Part shown: positions 27,378 through 37,177 of the stretch, piece by piece
How positions within the stretch are numbered: position 1 is the first letter of the stretch
Layout of the letters: each line of letters begins with the position of its first letter
NCBI GenBank assembly: GCA_039818205.1
Contig: JBCBUK010000009.1
Location: 64,001 to 128,000 of the forward strand
DNA: 64,000 nucleotides
Origin: Verrucomicrobiota bacterium
GTDB taxonomy: Bacteria > Verrucomicrobiota > Verrucomicrobiia > Opitutales > Cerasicoccaceae
Direction of reading: 5' to 3'
Notes under the pieces: generated by a model
The model's input: the letters and a program-made list of their open reading frames with translations, nothing else
Told to the model about the DNA's origin: nothing
Database searches by the model: none
Program-made: the position numbers and the translations under genes

Positions 27378-27472
27378 AGTCTGGAACTGAGAATCGGGTA
27401 GTGGGGAATAGATGTCAAGCTTGGGAGGCTGAATCATTATGCCGAGCAACCGGCAGAAATTTTCTTTTATTT

Positions 27473-28411
27473 CTAAGGTTTGTCCGAAGTGTTGAGCAAG
27501 ACTTCCGCGGTCACCATGAGATGGTCGGAATGGGCCAATCTAATGACTTCGCCACCCGATAATGTAGCATTCTTACCTAGAATCCAATCGATCTTTAGGC
27601 GTGGTTCTTGAGAAGGAAACGTGTAGTGCTCGGGATTGTCTAGAAGCGCTGGACTAAAGTCTTCTGAAAATAGATAAGTCATGGTGTTTTCTTTACCAGC
27701 GAGTATGCCAGACGGAGAGGAGTTAAAATCACCGAGAGCGATGAGAGGCATATCCCCCTGGTTTGCCAGTGAAGCGATGCTCTTCGCCGCTTTCACACGA
27801 GTAAGTTCGTCCCGGTATTCCAAGTGAACGGCGACAATTTGAATGAGCCCTCCCGGAAGGTTAACATCGGCGACAAATCCGTCGTGGTTTCCGATGAACC
27901 AAGACTCAAGGCTAGAGTAGGGTTCGAAATAGACGGGCTCGGCCTTAACTATCGGATATTTGCTTAACAGCGCATTCCCAAAGTTAAGTTGATAGAACGG
28001 CAATGAAACCAGGTAATTGGGCTGCTCAAGGAGATACGCGAATCCGCATTTCTGAGCAAGATACTCTGCTTGGTTTATGTTAAAACTCCAAGACGTTGAA
28101 AAATCGATCTCGTTGAGCACGATAAGGTCCAGGTTTGCGTTCGAAATCTGTTCGGCGATTGCATCCAAGCGGGTTAGCAAGTCTTCCTTTGACTTGTTGT
28201 CCCAGTTACTTGCGCCGAGAACTCCGCCTCGGCCATGTGCTATGTTGTAGGCTGCGACCCTCAACGAATCGCCACCGTTGTTCGGATCCTCAAGCTTTCG
28301 GATTTGTAGCGGTGAGAAAGCATGGTGCGCACGGCTATAGCCGTACCACAATCCAATCGCTAGAAATAAAACGATGCAGATCCTGAGTAGCGTCTTGATG
28401 AAGCGGCGCAT
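27473..28411 (-). CDS. endonuclease/exonuclease/phosphatase family protein, membrane anchored
   Basis: AYNIAHG, LNEID, GNALLS, GDFNS, IDWI, SDH motifs. Confidence 0.9.
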   Translation of the reverse strand: MRRFIKTLLRICIVLFLAIGLWYGYSRAHHAFSPLQIRKLEDPNNGGDSLRVAAYNIAHGRGGVLGASNWDNKSKEDLLTRLDAIAEQISNANLDLIVLNEIDFSTSWSFNINQAEYLAQKCGFAYLLEQPNYLVSLPFYQLNFGNALLSKYPIVKAEPVYFEPYSSLESWFIGNHDGFVADVNLPGGLIQIVAVHLEYRDELTRVKAAKSIASLANQGDMPLIALGDFNSSPSGILAGKENTMTYLFSEDFSPALLDNPEHYTFPSQEPRLKIDWILGKNATLSGGEVIRLAHSDHLMVTAEVLLNTSDKP

Positions 28412-28575
28412 CTTATCATTGGTCACTAGCGAACCGCTCTCGTTCCAAAAATGCTAGAGAACTATTTATTGAGACGGGAAGGGTCACTCCCAGAAGTATG
28501 CTCGCAGAATTGAATACCTAGTAGTCCAAAAGCGACTCCGGTGATTTCTAATATCTCATCGGTCGAAGCGAAGCG

Positions 28576-29556
28576 CTACGACCGAAAATGCTCAAAGGCG
28601 GCTACGTCGATGGGTTGATTGGTGGCTTGGTCGATTAGGAGCCCATTGGTGTCGTCGGTGGCTTCCCCGATTCGGCCGATGACCGTGATAGGTGTATCGT
28701 GGGAGCGGCGCCATTCGACGAGCATAAGCTCGGGGTCAATCTCCTGGTCGAGGATCATGAGCAGCTCGTAATCCTCTCCATCGCAAAGTGCGTGCTCTAA
28801 AGGACTGCGTCCGCTGGACTGTGCTTTTTCCTTCGCAGCCTCGCTAACCGGAATGATGCCGATGTCGAGCTGGCCGCAGGTGCCATCCGGGAGCAGGGGA
28901 GGCAGGTCTTTGGCCAGGCCGTCGGTGACGTCGATCATTGCTTTGATCACGTTTTGCTCGGCGAGCCACATGCCTTCGTTTACACGCGGAATGAAGGTCT
29001 TTTCTTTGCCGTGACGACTACCACCGAGATCGCCCGTTACCAGGATGTAATCGCCCGCTGATTGTCCACCGAAGCGGCGGACAGCTCGGGTTGCGCTTCC
29101 CAAAAGGGTGAGGTGCGAAGCAAAAAAGTTTTTGCTACCACCGCGGGTCACATCGCCGCCCACGATGAGCAAACCCCATTGCAGCGCGCAATCTCGCAGG
29201 CCCGTGTAAAAGGCTTCCATCCAATTGATGCTAACGTCGTCGGACAGCGTGAGGGCGATCACGGCACCGGCTGGTGCGCCACCCATGGCGGCAATGTCGC
29301 TCAAGTTGCGTTTGATCAGTTTGGCACCGGCTTCTTCGGCGGTGAAGGTGTCATCAAAATGCTCATTCCAGACGAGGGCATCAACCGTGGTGAGGATTGT
29401 GCCCACGTCACCCGAATCCATCACTGCGCAATCATCACCGATACCGAAGGGTGGTGGAGGCGAAATCGCTTCCATCCACGAAGTGATTTTTTTTATCAGC
29501 GCGACCTCGCCAATGGAGGCGACTTGATCGGCTTCTTGCTCAGTGAAGGGTGTCAT
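28576..29556 (-). CDS. thiL: thiamine-monophosphate kinase
   Basis: GIGDDCAV, NLSDIAAMGG, IDVTDGL, GEDYEL. Confidence 0.95.
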   Translation of the reverse strand: MTPFTEQEADQVASIGEVALIKKITSWMEAISPPPPFGIGDDCAVMDSGDVGTILTTVDALVWNEHFDDTFTAEEAGAKLIKRNLSDIAAMGGAPAGAVIALTLSDDVSINWMEAFYTGLRDCALQWGLLIVGGDVTRGGSKNFFASHLTLLGSATRAVRRFGGQSAGDYILVTGDLGGSRHGKEKTFIPRVNEGMWLAEQNVIKAMIDVTDGLAKDLPPLLPDGTCGQLDIGIIPVSEAAKEKAQSSGRSPLEHALCDGEDYELLMILDQEIDPELMLVEWRRSHDTPITVIGRIGEATDDTNGLLIDQATNQPIDVAAFEHFRS

Positions 29557-30414
29557 CTACAAACTCTCGGGCATTTCCGGCATCATAATGATCAGAAAAA
29601 TTGAATTAGCATTATAGAAGCCATGAAAGAAGATCGGCACCAGAATATTCTGCTCACTTTCATAGCTTTTCGCGAGCAAGACTCCGAGTACGAATAGCGG
29701 CACAACGCTCAGGAGATTAAGGTGGAGAAAGGCGAACATGGCTGCACTTACCAGAACAGCACCATTTTGTGCCATTTTACCCTTGAGAAAGCGGTAAATA
29801 ATCCCCCTAAAAAGAATTTCTTCGCTCAGCGGAGCCAGGACCACGGCTGCGATAACCAGCGCGATCATTGCGCCGATCGAATCCATGCTGGCAAACTCGT
29901 CAACAATGCTCTGGCGCTCGATCGAGACGGGGAAGCCAAGTTCGTTTAGAAACGTAAGAAACGGAATCCATATAATGGTGGCAGCGAAAACAATCGGTAC
30001 TGAAGCCAGAAACCAGTACAGGCCAATCAGCATTGAACGAGGAACCGCCGAACGTGCCGGGCTAAGACTGAAGTTCATAAAGTGGAACTTCGGATGAAAT
30101 CCCGCCACCGCTCCCACCAATAAAATGCATTGGAATGTGAGGGCAATTAGGGGCGTTTCCCAAACCTGGAGTTCGGTGTCTTCCCACTCCATGGTGATAC
30201 TGGCGACCGTTCCAACAGCTAGAATGGAGATGACATATACCATCACCAAAAATACCAGAAACTCAGTCCAGCCAGCATTCCAAGCGGGCATGTCAGGTTT
30301 GGGAATCGAGGTCTTCCGCTGATAAGCCATGCGGACCAGGATACCGATTCCGACCAAGGAAAGCGCGAGCCAATACATGACGACGAGCGCGGTGGTGGTG
30401 TCTACGCCTTCCAT
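29557..30414 (-). CDS. CPBP (CAAX/Abi) intramembrane metalloprotease
   Basis: APLSEEILFRG, FAFLH, HGFYN. Confidence 0.92.
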   Translation of the reverse strand: MEGVDTTTALVVMYWLALSLVGIGILVRMAYQRKTSIPKPDMPAWNAGWTEFLVFLVMVYVISILAVGTVASITMEWEDTELQVWETPLIALTFQCILLVGAVAGFHPKFHFMNFSLSPARSAVPRSMLIGLYWFLASVPIVFAATIIWIPFLTFLNELGFPVSIERQSIVDEFASMDSIGAMIALVIAAVVLAPLSEEILFRGIIYRFLKGKMAQNGAVLVSAAMFAFLHLNLLSVVPLFVLGVLLAKSYESEQNILVPIFFHGFYNANSIFLIIMMPEMPESL

Positions 30415-30435
30415 GAAACGATTACTTTCGTGGCC

Positions 30436-31722
30436 TTATCCCGCGAACGGATAGGCGGTGCGTCCCTCGTAATAAGTTGCGCGCACGTTACCGCGAAGGG
30501 TCAAGCCGAGCCAAGGTGAATTATGTGACAAACTGGCCAGGCTTTCTTCGGTCACTTTCCAGTTCTCTTCCGGGTCGAATACGGTGATATCCGCCGATGC
30601 TCCTGGGCTAAGCGTGCCGCGATCAAGTTCCAGCACCTTGGCGGCGCGGTGAGTCATGCAGTCAATGAGTGTCGTCAGGCTAATTAATCTCGAGCGTACG
30701 AGAGTGTCGAGGCAGACAGGTAACGCAGTTTCGAGACCATTCATTCCAAACGGTGCATAGTCGAACTCCTTGTCTTTCTCGATTACCGTGTGGGGTGCAT
30801 GAGCCGTTGCAATGCAGTCGATCGTGCCGTCGATGAGGCCTTCGATCAAAGCCTGTCGGTCTTCTTCGGTGCGCAGTGGGGGCACAACCTTGAAGTGCGT
30901 ATTATAGTCTTTGAGTGCGGCCTCAGTCAGCGAGAGGTGATGCGGTGTCGCTTCCGCCGTTATCTTTACGCCGCGCTGTTTGGCGCGACGAATCGTGTCC
31001 ACGGCATATCCCGAGCTAATGTGCTGAAGGTGGATGCGAGCGCCATAGTGGGCAGAGAGGATGACGTTCCGCGCAACCATAATGTCTTCTGCAGCGCGGG
31101 GCATCCCGCGCAAACCAAGGCGCAGGGACCAGATACCTTCGTTCATGACGCAGTCTTCCGTCTGGGTCACATCTTCGCAGTGGTCCATTACCACCAAGCC
31201 GAACATCGAGGCATATTCTGCGCCGCGCCGCATCAGCTCGTGGTTTTGAACGCAGTGCCCGCCGTCGGAAATCGCGATCGCACCAGCCTCTTTCAGCGAT
31301 CCGATCGGTGCCAGCTTTTCGCCCTCGCGATTGAGGGTAAGGCAACCCGTTGGGAGGACATTGACGATTGCGTCGCGGTCTATCAGGTCGTGAATCTGGC
31401 GGATGGCACCCACGGAGTCCGCTGGCGGCTTGGTATTGGACATCGCGACGACCGTGGTAAAACCACCTTTGGCGGCAGCACGGCTGCCCGAGGCAATCGT
31501 TTCCTTGTGGCGGTCGCCCGGTTCTCGCAAGTGGCAGTGTAAATCAATGAAGCCGGGACAAACGACCATACCGTTGGCATCGAAAACCTTGGCATTTTTC
31601 TTTTGCTCGGCGCTGAGCGATTCAACGATTTTGCCGTCCACTGCGTAAACGTCTCCCACGTCATCCCGCTGGTTGGCGGGATCAACGACGCGTCCATTCG
31701 TTATCCAAAGTGTGTGACTCAT
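30436..31722 (-). CDS. pyrC: class I dihydroorotase-like protein (possibly catalytically inactive)
   Basis: DLHCHLREPG, MDHCED, PPLR; downstream of pyrB; carries SDGG and ATAHAPH instead of xDDG and ATDHAPH. Confidence 0.9.
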   Translation of the reverse strand: MSHTLWITNGRVVDPANQRDDVGDVYAVDGKIVESLSAEQKKNAKVFDANGMVVCPGFIDLHCHLREPGDRHKETIASGSRAAAKGGFTTVVAMSNTKPPADSVGAIRQIHDLIDRDAIVNVLPTGCLTLNREGEKLAPIGSLKEAGAIAISDGGHCVQNHELMRRGAEYASMFGLVVMDHCEDVTQTEDCVMNEGIWSLRLGLRGMPRAAEDIMVARNVILSAHYGARIHLQHISSGYAVDTIRRAKQRGVKITAEATPHHLSLTEAALKDYNTHFKVVPPLRTEEDRQALIEGLIDGTIDCIATAHAPHTVIEKDKEFDYAPFGMNGLETALPVCLDTLVRSRLISLTTLIDCMTHRAAKVLELDRGTLSPGASADITVFDPEENWKVTEESLASLSHNSPWLGLTLRGNVRATYYEGRTAYPFAG

Positions 31723-32672
31723 GCGGATCGAGATTTCGCGTTATATTGTGCGCAGAGGTAAAGCACGCCCATGCGAACTGCAATACCGTTGGTGACTTGT
31801 TCAAGGATGACTGAGCGCTCGGAATCAGCCAGGGCGGAGTCGATTTCTACCCCGCGATTAATGGGTCCCGGGTGCATGATGATGGCTTCGGGCTTTAACC
31901 AGCCCGCCCGCTTTTCGTTGAGGCCGAACATGCTGGTGTACTCGCCCAGCGATGGAAAGTGTGTCGACGACTGACGCTCGTGCTGGATTCTGAGCAGCAT
32001 AACGGCATCGGCGTCTTGCAGGGCTTCCCGTAGGTCGTGTTTCACCTCGACGCCAAATTGTTTGAGCTCGGAGGGAACGAGGGTCTTGGGTCCGGCCAGA
32101 GTGACCTTGGCTCCGAGCTTGCGGAGGGCCCAGATATTGGACCGGGCAACCCGGCTGAAGAGGATGTCTCCGAGAATTGTTACCTTTTTCCCGGTTAGGT
32201 CCGGCCCGAGTTTTTCCCGTAAGGTAAAGGTATCGAGCAGTGCCTGGGTCGGGTGTTCATGGGCCCCGTCACCCGCATTGATGACTGGGATGTCGATGAC
32301 TTTAGAAAGGTAACGCGCTGATCCGGCCGCCGAGTGCCGCATGATGATGATGTCGGCGTTCAAGGCCTGGATGTTCATTGCGGTGTCCCGCAAGCTCTCG
32401 CCTTTAACCAGACTACTCGCATTGCCTGAGACCGTAATGACGTCGGCACTCAAACGGGTGGCGGCAATCTCGAAGGCAAGCCGAGTCCGGGTGGATGGCT
32501 CCATGAAGAGGTTGACGACGGTATATCCACGCAGAATGGGTTGTTTTTTCTGCGATCGCTGAAGCGTCGGTTTGAACTCACTGGCGACGGAATAAATCGT
32601 CTCCAACTCGTCGCGGCTGAGTTCTTCAATGCCGACGAGGTCTTTGCGATTCCAATTGGCAGGAGGCGTCAT
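31719..32672 (-). CDS. pyrB: aspartate carbamoyltransferase catalytic subunit
   Basis: EPSTRTR, HPTQALLD, HPGPINRG. Confidence 0.98.
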   Translation of the reverse strand: MTPPANWNRKDLVGIEELSRDELETIYSVASEFKPTLQRSQKKQPILRGYTVVNLFMEPSTRTRLAFEIAATRLSADVITVSGNASSLVKGESLRDTAMNIQALNADIIIMRHSAAGSARYLSKVIDIPVINAGDGAHEHPTQALLDTFTLREKLGPDLTGKKVTILGDILFSRVARSNIWALRKLGAKVTLAGPKTLVPSELKQFGVEVKHDLREALQDADAVMLLRIQHERQSSTHFPSLGEYTSMFGLNEKRAGWLKPEAIIMHPGPINRGVEIDSALADSERSVILEQVTNGIAVRMGVLYLCAQYNAKSRSA

Positions 32673-33205
32673 TGAGGAGAAATGGTGATGGCGTTGTTGT
32701 CGGGTTGATCAAGATCCAGTTCGACTGTCACCCGTTGGTCCGACTCGATTGGTTGGAAGAATCCGCGAACATCGGGTTGGATGGGCAGCATGCGCCCGCC
32801 GCGATCAAACAGTGTGACTAGCCGTACGCGTTTGGGGCGGCCGAGGTCAAAGAGCTCAGCGAGGGCGGCGCGAGCACTACGCCCGCTGAAAATGACGTCG
32901 TCGGCCAGAATGACGATCGCGTCGTTTGGCGAGCTTTCAAAGTCGGTGCGGAACTTCTCACCTGGAATTGGGTTTTTCCCCAGATCGTCGCGATGAAACG
33001 TAATATTCAGGCGCCCTTCGTCCACGGTGCTGCCGTAGGCGTCCGAGAGCTTGGCCGCAAGTAGCTGCCCAAACGGAACCCCACCGTTGGCAATCCCAGC
33101 AACGATCACGCCTTCCGGGGAGGGCTCGAGGGCTAAAATGTGGGTGACGATACGATCAATGGCCTCAACGATCTCTTCGGGGCCAATGCGGGTTTGTGCT
33201 TCCAT
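32669..33205 (-). CDS. pyrR: PyrR-family regulator / uracil phosphoribosyltransferase
   Basis: ITFHRDD, ILADDVIFSGRSARAA, GRPKRV, DRGGR.LPIQPD; ATG 33205. Confidence 0.9.
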   Translation of the reverse strand: MEAQTRIGPEEIVEAIDRIVTHILALEPSPEGVIVAGIANGGVPFGQLLAAKLSDAYGSTVDEGRLNITFHRDDLGKNPIPGEKFRTDFESSPNDAIVILADDVIFSGRSARAALAELFDLGRPKRVRLVTLFDRGGRMLPIQPDVRGFFQPIESDQRVTVELDLDQPDNNAITISPQ

Positions 33206-33329
33206 TGCGGGAGGAGTTTGTTGTCGTACGCGTGACGCGCAACGGCATTTTCGGGCTGTCGCTAAATTTTCAAACCGCCGTTTCCGCGAAAGGCGCACTC
33301 CCAGGGTTGCGTTTTCAGGGAGATTTGAA

Positions 33330-33839
33330 ATGGTGCCCGCATTGACGAGGAGAAACCATCTACTAATTGACGGCTACAATGTCATCCACCAGTGGCCCGA
33401 GTTCGCCAGCCGGTTCCATAAGGACCCAGCGGGGACTTGCGATCAATTGGTCGAGACCGTACGGGTGGTTCACGATGTCGACAATTATCAGGTGACGGTG
33501 GTGTTTGATGGCCGCGGAGCCACCGTGGATATCCAGCACCCGGGAGAGGTTGCGACCTTTGCCGTATTATATTCACCATCCGATCTGTCGGCGGACGGCC
33601 TGATCGAGCAGATCGTTAAAAACGCCAAGGACCCCTCCCGGTTTACGGTCATCAGCCGTGACAACCTGATTGCGGAGTCGATCCGTGCCTCTGGCGGATA
33701 TGCGCTGCGGCCCGATGACCTCGCAGAGTGGGTTCGGCGCTGCGATGAGCGTTCCCGGCAATCCATTAACAAACACCAGCGCCGGGTCAAAAAGCAGTGG
33801 AAGCAGTCGAGCCCGTGGGATGCCTTGGATGATCTGTAG
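33330..33839 (+). CDS. NYN-domain (YacP/Rae1-like) ribonuclease
   Basis: LLIDGYNVIH, VVFDG, SADGLIE, VISRD; ATG 33330. Confidence 0.9.
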   Translation: MVPALTRRNHLLIDGYNVIHQWPEFASRFHKDPAGTCDQLVETVRVVHDVDNYQVTVVFDGRGATVDIQHPGEVATFAVLYSPSDLSADGLIEQIVKNAKDPSRFTVISRDNLIAESIRASGGYALRPDDLAEWVRRCDERSRQSINKHQRRVKKQWKQSSPWDALDDL

Positions 33840-33860
33840 TTGCGCCCGGTAGTTCTGGGC

Positions 33861-33890
33861 AAAAAATTAGGGCCTTCGCAATGAAGGCCC
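33861..33890 (-). terminator. intrinsic terminator between convergent genes
   Basis: GGGCCTTC-N5-GAAGGCCC with TAATTTTTT on the minus strand. Confidence 0.75.
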
Positions 33891-33928
33891 CCGAAATGAT
33901 AGTGGGACTAGTTCCCGGCGATGGCAGG

Positions 33929-34306
33929 CTAGGCAGATACCTTATCCTTGCTCCAGAAGAAGCAAGTACCTCGATTTTCGAGTTGGAATACTGCCGCCTG
34001 GTAAAGCGGAAGGATGATTTCATGGACGATCTCCATGAGAACTTCCTTGCTGTCCGCCTCGACTTCGTAAGTTTCGATGTCGATAGTCGCGTTCAACGGC
34101 TTGAAGTTGTCGGCCAACAGGATCCAACGAGCGTTGAATTCGTCGGGCTCACTGATTACTATATTCAGGGGTACGTTGGATTCATCACACTTGGTGATGG
34201 GGAGCTCTCCCAGGTCGTCAATCTTCTCAATTAACGCTCTGAGGTGGGCTGATGCTTCTTTCTTTGGCGCACGATACGCCTTCGGCTTGTCTAATGTTGC
34301 TGGCAT
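33929..34306 (-). CDS. hypothetical protein (125 aa)
   Basis: ATG start, plausible composition, own terminator and long upstream region; no family recognised. Confidence 0.7.
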   Translation of the reverse strand: MPATLDKPKAYRAPKKEASAHLRALIEKIDDLGELPITKCDESNVPLNIVISEPDEFNARWILLADNFKPLNATIDIETYEVEADSKEVLMEIVHEIILPLYQAAVFQLENRGTCFFWSKDKVSA

Positions 34307-34631
34307 TAATTATAATTGTTTTGCGTTAGTTCCTCCCCGGCGAAGCCGCCGTTACTCTGACACTTGTGACATTCCGCGCATTGGTCAAACTGAAATTGGT
34401 CAAGAATACGTAAATTACTTGAGGGGATCCCTAGATGTAGTTCCTTATTGGCAATAAGGCCCAACATATAGTTGGAGTGAGAAAACTTAATCATTTTCCG
34501 GGTTCGTCAAAAATGTCAAAATTTGTGAGCTTATTCCATGCCGAATTAGGCTAAAAACCCCTCTGTAAAGAAATCTTATCTGAACGCTTGTGCTAGAGTA
34601 GGGTGGCACTATGGTGGGTGTCTACATTGCC

Positions 34632-35798
34632 ATGAGTGACGCCCTCGAAGCTGCGAAAAAAGATTTCAAGATTAAAGTCCTGATGGTCGACGACCAGGGA
34701 ATGGTTTGTGAGGCAGTTCGCCGCATGTTGGTGGACGAGCCTGATATCGAATTCCATTTTCAGACGGAGCCGACCAAGGCGATTGACACTGCCTTGCACA
34801 TTTGCCCAACGGTGATCCTGCAGGATCTGGTTATGCCCGAGGTTGATGGCCTGACATTGGTCAAATTTTTCCGGGCAAAGCCGGAATTGAAGGATGTGCC
34901 CATAATTGTCCTCTCCTCCAAGGAGGAAGCGGAGACGAAAAAGAAGGCGTTTGAGCTCGGGGCCAACGATTACATGGTCAAGTTGCCCGACAAGCTCGAG
35001 GTCATTGCCCGGATTCGGTATCACTCCACCGGCTACATTCGATTGCTGGAGAGGAATGCGGCCCAGGCTGCGCTGCAGGCTGAGCTCGACGAAGCCGCCC
35101 GATATGTGCAGTCGCTGTTTCCGGCGAAGCATGAAGACGACCACGTGAAGACAGATTGGGTGTTTATCGCCTCAACGGATCTGGCGGGTGACACTTTTGG
35201 CTATCACTGGTTGGACGACGACCACTTCGCGATTTACCTGCTGGACGTTTGCGGTCACGGCGTTGGCGCCGCCTTGCATTCGGTTTCTGCGATCAATGTG
35301 ATGCGTGCACAGTCCTTGCCTGGAGTTGATTTCCATGATCCTGGCGCTGTGCTTGAGGGACTGAATGATGCCTTCGACATGGAGAAGCATAACGACATGT
35401 ATTTTACCATGTGGTACGGCGTTTATAACAAGTCGACCCGTGAAATGGTCTACAGTTCGGGTGGCCACCCGGCTTCGGTGCTGCTGCGTGAGGGCGGCGG
35501 GATTGAGCGATTGGCGACCCCATGTATGATTGTTGGTGGGATGCCTGGCTTGTCCTACGCGACAGAAACCGTCAAAGTGAACTCGGGCGACCGCCTCTAC
35601 GTTTTCAGTGATGGTGTCTACGAGGTTGATTACAAGGACGGTTCCGGGATGATGACTGACGACGAGTTTGCGGAGCAACTGGCCGTGGATACTGGTGATC
35701 AGTCCAAGGCTGAGGCCATGGTCGACTGGGTTCGAGAGCAGCAAGGCCGCGATGGTTTTGAGGACGACTACTCCCTCGTCGAGGTGATCTTTAAGTGA
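34632..35798 (+). CDS. response regulator receiver plus SpoIIE/PP2C phosphatase
   Basis: MVDD, LQDLVMP receiver; LAGDTF, DVCGHG, FSDG, DDYS phosphatase motifs. Confidence 0.93.
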   Translation: MSDALEAAKKDFKIKVLMVDDQGMVCEAVRRMLVDEPDIEFHFQTEPTKAIDTALHICPTVILQDLVMPEVDGLTLVKFFRAKPELKDVPIIVLSSKEEAETKKKAFELGANDYMVKLPDKLEVIARIRYHSTGYIRLLERNAAQAALQAELDEAARYVQSLFPAKHEDDHVKTDWVFIASTDLAGDTFGYHWLDDDHFAIYLLDVCGHGVGAALHSVSAINVMRAQSLPGVDFHDPGAVLEGLNDAFDMEKHNDMYFTMWYGVYNKSTREMVYSSGGHPASVLLREGGGIERLATPCMIVGGMPGLSYATETVKVNSGDRLYVFSDGVYEVDYKDGSGMMTDDEFAEQLAVDTGDQSKAEAMVDWVREQQGRDGFEDDYSLVEVIFK

Positions 35799-35846
35799 TC
35801 AGTTTTAATTTAACCCATCGGCCCCCACGACGATACTTTGACTGGC

Positions 35847-36266
35847 ATGCGTTTTACTTATTCCAACGATCTTTCTGAGCTTAATGAACTCGCAGAGAAT
35901 CTCGAAACATTTGGCGACGAGCACGATATCAACCCGGCGGTTGTGCACGCTTTTAACCTCTGCCTCGACGAGATTGTTACGAACATAATCTCCTATGGCT
36001 TCGAGGACGGAGCCGACCACACGATCACTTTGGATATGAGCGTCGAGGGAGAGTTGATCTGTGCCGTGGTGAAGGACAGTGGAAAGCCCTTCAATCCGTT
36101 GGAAGATGCGAAAGATCCCGATTTAGAATCCGCGCTTGAGGAGCGGGAAATTGGTGGTTTGGGGATCTTTTTCCTCAAGCAAATGATGGACGAGCTTGAT
36201 TACCAGCGTGTTGAGGGCTGCAATTGCTTGACCATGCGCAAGAAGAACGTCGCGCTACCTGAATAG
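35847..36266 (+). CDS. RsbW-like anti-sigma factor / Ser-Thr kinase
   Basis: DEIVTNIISYG, DSGKPFNP, GGLGIF. Confidence 0.9.
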   Translation: MRFTYSNDLSELNELAENLETFGDEHDINPAVVHAFNLCLDEIVTNIISYGFEDGADHTITLDMSVEGELICAVVKDSGKPFNPLEDAKDPDLESALEEREIGGLGIFFLKQMMDELDYQRVEGCNCLTMRKKNVALPE

Positions 36267-36272
36267 TTTATC

Positions 36273-37070
36273 ATGTCGTTTCTAGATTTCGACAAACGTC
36301 GATACCTCGTGTTTGGTGTCGCCAATCGTAAAAGTGTTGCCTGGGCAATCGGTAAAACGCTCGAAGCTGAGGGGGCCACGGTTGTCTACAGCGTTCGTTC
36401 AGCGGCTCGAGCCGAGTCGCTCACCAAGCTCATGGGCGAGCGTGAAATGCATATTTGTGATGTTGAACGAACCGAGGAAATCGATGCCTTGGCAGAGACA
36501 CTGAAGGGTTCCGAGCCCTTCGATGGCATTGTCCACTCGATTGCATTTGCCAACTACAGCGAGGGAATCAAGCCATTCCATGAAACCAAACGAGAGGATT
36601 TTCTGCAGGCAACGGCAATTTCCAGTTTCTCGCTGGTCGAAATCTCGCGCGCTTTCAAGCCACTGCTCAAGCCCGATGCATCTGTGGTTTCGATCGGGAT
36701 TTCCAGCCAAGTACTGGCGGAGAATTATGGCTACATGTCTCCGATTAAGGCTGCGCTAGAGAGCACCTCGCGCTTCCTGGCGAAATCGTTCAGTGTCGAT
36801 ACAAACATTCGGTTCAATACGGTGAATTCTGGTCCACTCAAAACGAGTGCGAGTGCCGGAATTCCAGGATATTTGGAGAACTACCTTTATGCAGAGAAGC
36901 TGACTCTGCGTGGCAAAGCAATCACGACCCAGGAAGTTGCCAATACGGCGATTTTCTTGCTCAGCCCGGCCAGTAGCGGGATCAATGCGCAGGGGATTGT
37001 GGTGAATCAGGGAATGGACCTAAACTACTTCGAGAAGTCGGTTGTCAACGCTGCGACGAAGATCGACTAG
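36273..37070 (+). CDS. fabI: enoyl-ACP reductase
   Basis: GVANRKSVAW, VHSIAFA, NYGYMSPIKAALE, GPLKT. Confidence 0.9.
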   Translation: MSFLDFDKRRYLVFGVANRKSVAWAIGKTLEAEGATVVYSVRSAARAESLTKLMGEREMHICDVERTEEIDALAETLKGSEPFDGIVHSIAFANYSEGIKPFHETKREDFLQATAISSFSLVEISRAFKPLLKPDASVVSIGISSQVLAENYGYMSPIKAALESTSRFLAKSFSVDTNIRFNTVNSGPLKTSASAGIPGYLENYLYAEKLTLRGKAITTQEVANTAIFLLSPASSGINAQGIVVNQGMDLNYFEKSVVNAATKID

Positions 37071-37177
37071 ATCGGTTTTTGATAGGTCTGATTCAACAAA
37101 CGGACTTCCAAGACTTTTTTTGATAACTTGTCGGCAATTGGATTGTCGGTTGGCGCAGAATTCGCTAACTGGCATGC

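Noticed and set aside
27420..28575. Flanking direct repeat around the AT-richer EEP gene, analogous to GDPD
   Set aside because: Only partial similarity on one side (GCGAAGCGCTA); no matching left copy
33206..33329. PyrR-binding attenuator upstream of pyrR
   Set aside because: No AGUCCAGAGAGGC-like loop or terminator visible in the short divergent spacer
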